Assembly: GCA_965285935.1 (NCBI GenBank)
Contig: OZ260661.1
Location: 63,612,001 to 63,676,000, forward strand
DNA: 64,000 bases
Source of the DNA: Ophelia neglecta
Taxonomy: Eukaryota
Direction: 5' to 3'
Part shown: one piece after another, positions 1-12,100 of the stretch
Numbering within the stretch: position 1 is the stretch's first letter
How the letters are laid out: every line of letters starts with the position of its first letter
Position numbers and translations under genes: made by a program
The notes under the pieces: generated by a model
What the model was told of the DNA's origin: nothing
What the model saw: the letters and a program-made list of their open reading frames with translations, nothing else
The model's database searches: none

Positions 1-161
1 GCTGTGGTAATCTGGAGGGCCAGCTGGCCAAGTGGCAGGCCTTCACAGAGTGCCACATGGCTCTCCAACAATGGCTTGGAGCTGTAGAGGATGAGCTGAA
101 AATGGGAGTGGAGCCTAAGGCGGAGCTAACTGAAAAGAGGGCTCAACTGGAGAAGTTTAAG
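1..161 (+). CDS. SYNE1: nesprin exon w1 (5'-truncated by window)
   Basis: Frame from nt 3: CGNLEGQLAKWQAF...QQWL...QLEKFK; donor AAG|gtattt, phase 0. Confidence 0.9.
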
Positions 162-3100
162 GTATTTGTCAATACACTGTGTCCAAGCCACAACAACTGA
201 GTGATTTTATCAATATCCTTGTTTACACATGTAGAATCTCATAAAGCATGATGGTTGGTTTTACAAATGGTAATATATATCCTTGCTGCTAAGTGTTTGC
301 ATGCAGCATTAAGTGTGCAAGTATTGAACACAAGTTCATATGATTGTATTGTGACAGGATTATTGATTTTTCAGGCTTACATTCTTGCTAATCCTTTACC
401 TGGTGTGTGTCTGTACATGGGTATTTTACTCATGATCTCTCACTTGCTTCTCTAAAATGTGCAGGAAAAATGCTGGTTGTTGAACTTTGTGAAAGTCATA
501 TACTTGCATGGCTATCTCTACAAGCACCTGGCACTAAAGATAAGCCTCAGACATTAAGATACATGTGTGTATGCCCGTGTATGTTATACAGTGGAAATTG
601 ATGGTAAATTAAGGATAATCATGGCCTGTTGAGTGACGGCCCCGCAGTATGTCCAAGGATGTTCCATTTGGCATATGTAGTAAAAGTGTGTAAGAAGGTT
701 GAAGTACATGCCAATCAAAGGTTAAGTGTTTTGAGATAAAACTTGTGTTTGGCCTTGGTAGCCTTATTTACTACAGCGTGTTGACAAATGATCTCACATT
801 ACAATGATAGAGATTAGAAAAAAATAGATACCCATACATATGTGTAAAGAAGATGTTATATGATGCATTATGGGACATTGTCCATGTTGGTGCTGCCTGT
901 GTGTTAATAATTTCTCTGGGTTTTTCTCTGCAGTCGCTGCTTGCTAATCTCAGCAGTCACCATGAGCAGATGGACGAGGCGGCGGGCCTGGTGGCCCAGC
1001 TGAAGGACAGCTGTCCAGACAAAGATCTGGCCTCCCAACTCTCTGACCTACAGCAGAGACATCAACGGGCCCAGGAACAGGTCCAGGTAAGATCACTGCA
1101 CAGGCTCTCTACAGTCAGTGGCAACCCTACCATAGCTCTCTGGCTTGTTTACATATAAGTTTAGCATCAGTTGAAAATTTATATAGTGAAACTCAATCCG
1201 CAGAAAGCAGGGGAGGTTTTGATGTATACACTGCGTTAGTAATCACATTGTTTGGAATTACAGTTTAAAGTAGATGTATATTTGCCAGGTCTCTGTTACA
1301 AGTAGTGTCAAAGCTAGTGCTGCACCAATGTGCAAAGTTCAGTATAAACCTCAAGGACTGTAACTACTTTTGTTTTGTGATATTTTGTCAGGAGAACATA
1401 GCCAGCTTGAAGAGTGCCTGTGAATTACAGAAGTCCTACCGGGAAGCTCTTCAGGAGTGTGAAAAATGGATACTCCAGATGTCCTTCAAACTCATGTCTC
1501 ACAACACACTAGATGTCAGCACTATCGAAAGAACACAACAACAAATCGAAAAGCACCAGGTTAGTATTAATATATGGGGTTGCATTATACTACTTGTTAT
1601 TTATACTCAAAACAAAACTGCATCATTGTGACATATTATTATTTTCCAATGTTTTTTATTGGGTTATCCCATTTTTACATAAATCCTAATTGTGTTAGCT
1701 TTTGTTGGTCCATGGCATGACGCTAATTTTACAAACTCTTTGAAAACTATGACATGTCTGTTGTGTTGTTTGTGCCTCAGGAGTTGCTGGCTGAGATTGA
1801 TGTGTACCAGAGCCAGTTAGACAGTGTGAGGGAGCAGGGAGAGGCTCTGATCACGGAGAGCCACCACCTGCCCTCCTTGGTGCAGCAGACGGAGACCCAG
1901 CTGGCCAACATGGAGGAGAGCTACCTCTCACTGCAGGCCACCGGCACACAGATCAAAGTGAGTCACTGCGATAGTCAGCATCAGATAACACAAAAAAGAA
2001 CAACTATTCTAGGCTCATTTTCAGCTTTATAAACTTAACTGGCCATTTTATATGACTTTGGAGGACACAAAAATACCCTAGGTCCAAACACAAACAAAAT
2101 TTACCTAATTGATACCTATTGAATCTATGTCTTCACATTCAATTTTCTTTCACCCACTACTCTTAAAACAAATGTGACAATGACCAGAGTTATGTTTTCA
2201 CTTTCACTGGTACACTGTTCCAAGGTTGCAAACTACTTCATACCCTTCTGACAGGGACAATACATATAGTACAATACAATAAGATGAATATAGCAAGTGA
2301 TCTTACGAGGGATCTTTGCTGTCTGTGAGCAAGGTAACCACTACAGGGAACTAGCCCAATTCAGGCCATGATGGGACTAAATGTTTTTTTTATCAACAAA
2401 GCAAGGAGAACCTAGATCTAGCTTTTCTCTAGCATTTGTGTGCCACAGTTAATACTCTTTAATATAAACAATGTCTTTTTTATCAAAGTATCATGATTGA
2501 GCATCCATACAAGAACTACTGGCCATGTGTGCCTCCTAAGAAGACTGTATCACACCAGCACCACTGAGTATGGTAACGGCAGATACTGTACCCCTCAAAA
2601 TATGATGAAATATTTCCCCAATTATTCTGTTATATAGTCTTGTTGTATTCCTCAGCCATGGAATCTTGTTCATGTGAAGCAAACTGTTAATGTTGCAATT
2701 GTGTCTAGTTTCACGACAGGATGCTGGGAAACATTATGTCTTATTCTAACTTGGGAACAGTATGTCATCTTGACAATAACTGTTGCTTTTATTTCAGGTA
2801 CCTTTTCTGTTTTGAATTTGAAATACATGTACAACAGAGGTGGTCTTTGTACTTCTTTAAATAAACTCACATGATAAAATATGGCTATGGCTATAGACAC
2901 ACACTCAGTAATATATTGAAGAATCATGTTCATAGCTGTGAGAAATCTGCCAGTGTAACTATGCTAAAAAATTGTGGGTTGTTATGAAGGATATGGCATC
3001 TTCCGGCACCGTGCTCAATGGTGCGGGTGTGATAATGACTTATTTGTGATTCAATAGCTTCATTAAGTACACTTGTGGCCCTCACGCTAGCGACTTTTAC

Positions 3101-6100
3101 AAGTCTTAGTGAGGGTCTCCCTGGTCAAGTGTTATATTGTAAATTCATACAACCTTTATCAATTATTGTACATGTTAGACCAAATAAATTATATCTGAAT
3201 TATATCTGAATCATTATATTAATTAAGGTTTAAATACAGCCATTTGTATGATTTAATATTAACATTCTGTCTCCATGAGTCATTGAAGATCATTCACAAG
3301 GAAAAACAGAAGAAATACCTTTTTTTATGAATACTATAATCACAATACTACAGTATAGGCAATGCTTAGAGTTAACATACTTCAAGACTTACAGTTTTTG
3401 TTGGCTTAAGAAGTGTATCATAATATACAGCAGACACTTTGAAAGACACTTCTATTTAATCCATTAAAAACACCTTTTATTACAATAAATCCTTCCTCCT
3501 CAGACAATGAGTTTCCTATTTTGCTGATTGATGAGAAAAAACCCTTCTAAACCTGTTCAAAAATAAATGGTTGTCAATAAACATTTCCAGAATATAATTT
3601 TTTGGCTTATGGTGCTTTAATAGTGCAAAAATGTTGCTATGTTTTAATGCTTACAGGCAGCAGGGACAGCCTTCCTGCTTAACTAGTTGATTAGTCAATC
3701 CAAGTACATGATGTATGCCATTTAATTTCAGTCCTGTCCTAAAGTATCATCCCTACTGTCTATCCAGGTTCATGTACAGTGTACAAGTACCTCAACTGAT
3801 GTTAAAATGTCTTGTCTAGCTGAGCACATACCGGGCATGTTGATGGTTTTAGCCTAGTGTTGTCCTCTTTGCATACCTATCAGGTGTACACCATTCATTA
3901 ATATGCAAGCTGTGTTCAATACTAGACTTTAAAACAGTATCTTGGCATGTCCCTCTTGACTCTGTCAAAACTGCTGTTTAGATTGGTCGTGTGCTTACTG
4001 GGGTTCAAAAATGACACTAAAATCCCCTTCGTGTACAATGTTCTAGCGGATTATTGGCTTTTTTATATTAAAGGTGTGAAATTGTTTCTTAGTTTTTGGG
4101 AGAAAGTTCACACAGTTTTGTTTGTGGAAGAGGCTATCATATTCAATAATGCTCTTGAGCAAGTAAAAACACTTGAAAGGAGTACCGGTATGTGTAATCA
4201 TCCAAACGGTGAATATGTCGTTGATCTATTTTATGCGAAAATTACAGGAAAAGGTGGGTATTTTCTTACTTTTTGTGAAGTTCATAATGTTTAAACTTTT
4301 TGTTCAGAGGCCTTTTGCTTTGAATTGTGAATATGAATATATATATATTGGGATATTTAATGTCAATAATGTTTTTGTTAGATCTATTATCAGAGGCAAA
4401 GGAGTACATGTACTTGTATACTTGATGCGTGTATTAACGCAGAATTATTATGTAGCTGTACATATATGTACACAAATAACCATGTACTGTATGATACTTA
4501 TACCTTGACTACACTTCAGGTATCTTCTTTAAACTTTGACAAACTATAGGTTTGGTAAATATGCTTGCTATGACTTGACTGGCTATCCAATCAAAAGCTC
4601 CACAGCATCCAAATTTTAACATATCTGCTTTGGTCAACTTACATTGTATATGAAATGAGAGAAAAACAATTCAGCGGACATGTACCTACTGCTGGTTAGC
4701 CAAAACAGAATTATTGGCTTGTTATGGCAATAATGATTGTTCTTGGGAAGCCATGCTACATGTAGATTGATTTTCACTCTGGTGGCTGGGGTGTTGTTCC
4801 TTCACCTGCCCAGGTTAGGCTTGGTGAATTTTGTCTCTAGAATATGTTTGGGTTGTGCAGTGTCTACAAGTGTTCATAAATGTGAGATTATCATTGAATT
4901 TGTCAGTAGGTTGTCCCTACCCCTCCTTTTCACCCACTGTGATGTCTGCCCCCACTCCAATACCCTCCAATGGTTCAGACCTGTATATATTTAGTACAGA
5001 TGTGACTGGGTTTTTGTTAGAATTCCTCACCTAAACAGGTGCCATTCAGTTTGCCTGCTTAAAATTAAAGTGTTTTTGGCTCACATTCATGTAACCCCAA
5101 TTGTTATTATGCTTGTGCGCCAAGTTTTCTATTGAAGTACAATAAGTCATGCACAAAGTGCAATAAGTCAGGTGCAATCTTTGCCGCCACAATGATTGGT
5201 TTGCTAGACACATGCTTAGACCTGTGAAAGTGGAATCAATGTTCTGATTGATCTTGTGTAGGTGAAAAAAAATACTCCATTATTATAATAATGTTAGCTG
5301 TAAGTGGCCGTGTCCACCTGGAATTGTGTCACACTTTAATATCATGGTCCACCTATTTCCTTATTGGTCTTTAATAAATATCCCTTTATTTAGAAGTGAT
5401 TTCAATATGGCCCTCCATCTGAATGTGATTGAAGACTTCTTTGATCTAGCCCAATAGATTTGAATGTACATTCTCAGTCTTCTCTTGAGAGTTAACTGCC
5501 CACTTGGGCCTACTTAGAAACTTAACTCACTGTATAGAAAAAGCCAATTATTAAAGCTCAGTAACTTCTCAAGAAAGTTAATGGAAAAATTAAATTTATA
5601 TCATGATATCAATTGAGTTTGGGATAGATACTAGGTCAACGTTCAGTCTGTATTTCACTGATGTTATAGGAGGAGTACAAGGTGGGAGAAAATGTAGGGT
5701 GCCAGCTTATTGGAATGCCTTATTCTTGGCCTTCATAAGTGTTATTGGTTATATATACATGTACAGTGAAACCTGTCTTAAAGACCACCTCTATAATCAG
5801 ACCACCTGTCAATTCAAACCACCAGTAAGAAGATGTAAAATAATCTGTATAAACAGACCACCTCCAAAATCAGACCAGTATTCTCCAGTCCCTTTGGTTG
5901 GCTAAATTTACAGCTTTCACTGTACTTGTAATGTGTGATTCAAGCCACTTGCTACCCATTTGAGTTTCAGGTTTTCCATTGCCTTCAGCTGTTATTGAGT
6001 CCAGTTATAGGATGTGTTTTCTCCATGATTATTAATGCCTTTCTGTTGGCCTGTTACAGGAGCGTTTGGGAGAGGTCCTCAGTAAGTGGCAGCAGTACCG

Positions 6101-9100
6101 TGACCTACTCTACCAGTGTGATGAGTACACCAGTGGGGAGGTGCTGCCTTGGCTCGAGGAGACACAGACTTCTCCGGCTACTAGTGGAGTCCAGCAGGCC
6201 AGAGAGCAGAACATTGCCAAGGTAACAGTTGTATTCTATCATGCAATCCTTCATTGACAGATATGTAATGTCTACCGAAGCAAAAAACTGTGGGCTCTCC
6301 AAAATAGTTTATGTATTGATGTGAAACTGGTCAGTTGCAGTACCTAACTACAGTCAATGGACCTCTCTGTATAATTGACAAACGCTTATGTATGGAGTTT
6401 TTTGTAATATTTCAGGACATGCTGGACACCTTATGTAAGTACAGACAGGATATCAACAACGCTGCCAACAAATGTGAGAATCTTAGCGGCCCCGAGGATG
6501 TCTCCTCAGAGGAGCGCTGCAGCACCCCTCTCTTTGAGAAGGCTTCCAAGGTCAATGAAAACCTGGACCAGGCCATTGAGAATCTAGAAGACACTCTGGC
6601 CAGGATGAGAGAGAGTGTGGTCCAGTGGGAGTCAGTGGACAAAATGAAACTGGAGCTCTCCAACTGGCTGGTGAATAAGACAAGAGAAGTTAGTCAAGCT
6701 GAGGAGAAGCCAGCCAAACTTCACATTGAGGCTGCAGAACTGGATGTTACCCATCTCGAGGTATACGGTTGAATAAAATGGCTTTTCCAATATTTGAATC
6801 TTATGTCTCATTATGATAGTGGTGTACCTCTGTTGACCTTGATCACTGACTCGTTGTTCATTACATTTGCATCACAGGAGCTTCAAGATGAAATCAAACA
6901 GAAAGAACCCACCCTTGAAAAGTTACAGACCAGATACAGTCGTCTGTCCAATGAGGACCCCAGCCTGGCCGAGTCCCAGGTGGGTCCTCTCAGAGAGACC
7001 TGGGGGGCTCTGGTACAGCAGCTGGAGACCCACTTACAGAGGAGACAGCAGTTCTTGGACCATTCTCGGGCCTATCACCAGCAGCATGCTGATGTCAACT
7101 CTAATATAGACCACATAGTTGGTGAAGTGGAGCGTGTACAGGCTCATGAGGAGGACTCCCTGACAGACAGAGTCACCTACCTCCAGGTAAGAACACTATT
7201 CTGCCTTAGTCTGCCATCCAATACATTTATGATATTAAGAAGTAAAAGAGACAATAATTGTAGTATATACTGTACTATATAGTAAAAATAATTGGTATCT
7301 AATTTAGGAAAAATAATCACTAGTATAGTGTAGTATGTACATATATTGTAAGGCAAATAAAAATATCCAAGACACTGCATTGCTATGGCATTCCATGGTT
7401 TTGTGTTAAACCTCTGCCACTTAAAGAACACATAAACAGTCTAATAAGTTGTCTGCCTTGGTCATATCATTTTAATTTCCTACTAAGTGATGTGGGTGCA
7501 TGCTAAAGTGAGGATTTCCCAAACATGTAGTATTAGAGTCCCTCTATAGTGTCCAAATCCAGTGCTTTGACTAGTATAAAAATGTTAGGCTTCTCCCATA
7601 TATTTCACCATTAATTTTCAATTGCCAGGTTTTCAATACTGGGTGTGTTGTAGAGGTTAATGCTTCTAGCTCTTAAGATTTAAAAAATAGTGTGCCATTT
7701 GGCTCCATAGGCTTTGCAATGTGATTCCATTCAAGAAGTGTGAAGTGGCCCACTCTGAGCATACAAAAGCATGTTTGGTTTTGAGTTTGCCCCTTGTATG
7801 CAAGATGCAGTGAAGCATGTTAATAGCTGGCACAAAACCCTACCCTCCCGTTCATGGTTAGGGCTGTACATTGTTACATAGTCAGTAGACATAACCCTGT
7901 GTTACAGTAGTAGTTTAGAATGCTTACTAGTAGTACTGCTGTACCCTGTAGTATAAGGTAGTACATTGATCACCTTAATAGTCTGTGCTGTGTGTGTCCG
8001 ACGGTTATTGAGTGCTGTTTTGTATTATCTTCTGTATTCATCACTTACATTATCACTTAGGTACTAAGAAGTTATCCATGTCTCATAGTATATATGTAAT
8101 TACTGGGTAAACTACTGACATCAATGTTAATTAACTATAATCTAATGTGTATATATGACCCTAACCCTTATCCATTGTGTACTGAGCCGGTGAACTCAAA
8201 CCTGGTCTAACTCTCACTGATTACATTAATATAAAGAACAAGATTACACTATCTCTACACATAGCTATGTCACATGGATAAGTCTTAAAGTTGTCAATAA
8301 AAAGGTCAGCTGATATTAACTGATTCTACAAGCCAAGGAGATTAGGTCTCTAAGCAGAACTTGATTTAAAAGCAAAGCTCATAATTATTCTATTGACAGT
8401 TCCCTGAATTTTTTTGTCCTAGAACTGATAAAATTTAATTAGGTGTCTTGACTCCTTGTCTCATCAAAGCAATGGAGTAAAAAAAAGGGAATTCCCCTAC
8501 AAGTGTCAGTTTAATCATTAGATATAATGATATAATGATATAATTTTCTTAATTATCACATGCCCAACACCATTGTGTAATTATCATGTCCAGTTCATTT
8601 AGCTATTAATTTTTCAACTACAAAATTATAATGAAAGTGCTTCAGTCATACTTGTTTGATACAAGAACAGTAAGTTAGGTAGATAAAATAATTTGATAGA
8701 AGAAAATGATGACTTGAAAGGCCCAATATACTCTTTTTTTTAATGTTTAACAGTAATGTAAGTGATGATACCAGTTTATAAGTTATTAAACTCCATACTA
8801 CCGTTTGTTCTGTTTTGCTTTGACCTTCATGTTTTCTGACTTTGGCTTAAATTCCAAATTTCAAATGAAGCATGTTTGTTCATTTGATGGCCACACTTGC
8901 TGTGTACTATTCTCAGTGTTTTCCTATCATACCTTTCCTATATGATCACTATCCCTGAAATTAATTGTAGATTATCTAATGCATGTGAAACCGTGTTTAA
9001 TCACATCTGTTAACATGCCAGTGCCTACATCTGTTAATGTACATCTTGTATTTGACTCTACACTTACCCCTTGACTGTTAGACACATTCAAAGGAGGGTA

Positions 9101-12100
9101 TATACAAATGGATTGCTGAACACAGGATTTTACTGTCAAAGGAACAATTGTTGTAATATACAGTATATACATACTTTTGGTAAAGCTTCAAGCAGAGCAA
9201 ATTTTACACCGTTATTCTTTTGTATAAGAATATGTTAAACTGAAGAAATCACAAAATTAACCCGCGTTGAACTGTATAAGTCGGTGTCCTTTTATTGTCC
9301 CTCCAAACATAGACTGGAGCATTTTGTGCCACCCTGAAGCGCTAAAGTCAGTAAACCTTACTACTTTGAAATGTATTTACCAGTCCGTTAATTGTGTACT
9401 GTACAAACAAGCTAAGGTAGAAGCAAAAGATGTCAAGCATTCATGCAGAGCACCTAATCAAAATTCATCATGATCGTCAAGTTGGGCCCCTCGATTGACA
9501 ACATGAGCTGTGAGCGTAGACTAAGACGGTATGAATGGCAGGCAGTTACCTGGATCAATACTCCCACTACAGGCCCAGACAGGCTTAGGTCTGGCTTAAC
9601 CCAGCCAGTTCAGTCATAAACAATGCACGTTACCAGGCTGAGGGCCATTTGAACAGAACGGTTCCTTGCTGGGCTACTTGCTGCTAATACTATTGTTATT
9701 TAAACTTATTAGGCCAAAGGATTTCAAAACATACAGACCTACATGGATGTCCATGATTATAATGAGAATCTAGCTGATGAGCAACTGACACTAACTTGAA
9801 ACAGTAAAAATAATGTCAAATTGCTGTAGAGCCAGTGGCAGATAGATGGCCTGAGTTAATGGCCGATGTTCTTATACTTGCTGATCACTTGAGAGATGTC
9901 AATGTTATGACAGTTTTCCGTCCAAAGACACCAGTAGTAGGAATCGTAATTGGATTTTTCCGCATACATCCATGGCAGGATAGCTATTTATGAACCAGTG
10001 GATTAACAAAGTAACAGGTATGTTTAAGTGGTTTATAAATCAATTATTTGATAATTTGTCTATGCAGGTTGTAACACTACTTTTTTTGCTCTCTACTGAA
10101 GATGTTCAAAGTATTACTTTGCATGGAGCTGTGTTTTTATGAATAAATTTTCTTCTTCAAAATTAATATTCAAGATAAGACATGAAAAAATGAGGTAATT
10201 GACTGACATGAAATCTTCTTGATTTGTAAAGTACAATTGGAGGATTATCACAGTTGTTTTTGATTCCTGACCTTTATAATTTGACCTTTTCAATATATTT
10301 TGGCTGATCATATTCACCAAATCAGATTCAAACTTTGATCTTTAGACAATTCTTACCATAGTTGTGTGAGATACTTTTTACATAAAGGACTTTAGTGTTT
10401 TTCATACCATTTATTTGCTATATGGCTTTCAATGAGCTTTTGAAGTGTTAAAAACTATGTTTCCTAATATTGTGAAAGAATTCAGTTGATTGTATATTAT
10501 ATAAAAAAAAAACACTCGTGTGTGAGTTAAGTTTACACATTAGTCCGCCTTTTTGAACCTTTTCAGCTGATATCAAAAGAAGTAATTGGTACTCTTGGTT
10601 CTATGTGGGGTAGAATGTCTTACTTAACAAGATGGGACTATTCCTCAGGAATTGAATACATGAACTGCAAAAAAGGCTTACAAATTTAGAGCCATTAGAG
10701 ATAAACCAGCCTATATGTTTCTAGGAGATCAATAAGTTGATAGTGCATGAAGTTAGTAAGCTATATCACATAGCTCTCTACTGGTAGGGGGGTATGACAA
10801 GCATTGAACACGAGTTTGACAACATCACCTTATATATCACCAAGCTACTGTATACTTGTATGTCAGATCAACAATGTGCAGTTGGAAGTAATTCACCTGA
10901 CTTATAAATATAACTGGTGCTCCTCATAGCATGTTTACAATCAAATGCCTTACCCATTCACCATTACCCAGCAGAACTAACCAGCTTATACTTCTAACCA
11001 ATTCAAAAATCACTGTGTAACTAATCTGGAGAAAATCTCAAGTCTCACATTCTCTGTTGTCTTACAATACCCATTGCTTTTTGGCTTTCAGCTTTACTGG
11101 GGCTTATTCATGCCTTTTGAAGCAGAATACAACTATATATTTATTCTGTTCCAAGTATTGACCTGCTTGTAGTTGGGGCTCATTTGGCCTATTGGGCTAG
11201 TCAGACTGGACAAGTTTTTCAGGGAAGTTTTGGCAAATGGGATACCTGATCCAACAAAATGAGGGCAAACATAAAAGGGATTCTTCGGAAGTCGAAAGTG
11301 GTAGGATTTTATGTGAAGTGTGTTATGCAATGTTTGTAAGACAAAGTGTTTTATACGACCTCTAAGTACAAACTAACATGTATAATAACTCACTTAACCA
11401 TTCTCACATGTGTAGTGAAGTCTAACACACATATTACATATTAATAACATATTAATTTATACAAGCTTAACATATCTACCATATAGAATACTCTAGTTTT
11501 GTAGAAGTAGATTTGTATAATACTAAAAATTAATTGTTTCTCTATGTACAAAGAACTATACAGTATAGGTTTATTTGCAATGTGGAATAAATTTGAGTAT
11601 TGCCCCAATGGTTTAACCAAACTGTACCCTAACTCTCGGCAAAGAAACTAGCTTGTGCTTTTGCTGTAAACTTTAAAACATCAAACTGCTCAACTTCCTG
11701 TAAGAGAAGTCCATGCCATCTTTAGATAAGTCCTTTTCATTGATTAGCTAACTTGTATTAAATAACCAGCATAGTTTGAGATTAACCAACTGCACATTGT
11801 TGAAACTATCGTCAATTATATGTAGCATAGATGACATTCAAAGATTAATCTCTATACCATTCATGAACAGACATGTTTCTCAGTTAATTGTTCTTATCAT
11901 GGGAAAAGAACCAATTGATGTTTTGCAAATCTGGCCATAAACATCATGTTATCAAGTACTAGTCATTACAGGTATAATCAAAAAGCTCCAAAGATATTTT
12001 GAATTACTTAGATATAGCTTACACATAAAATGGCACATGGCCGCAAAAGGGGCTCCTTGGAAATAACTAGGAGTGGGAACTGTGGTGTTGTCAAGAAAAT

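Noticed and set aside
2656-2874. Phase-0 acceptor followed by 72 open codons with a hydrophobic stretch (possible TM-bearing terminal exon)
   Set aside because: Composition is intron-like, and T-rich DNA yields hydrophobic ORFs by chance; no other support.
3947-4508. 115-aa and 111-aa intronic ORFs with some CpG enrichment
   Set aside because: At most a decayed LINE C-terminal fragment; no recognisable domain or splice signals.
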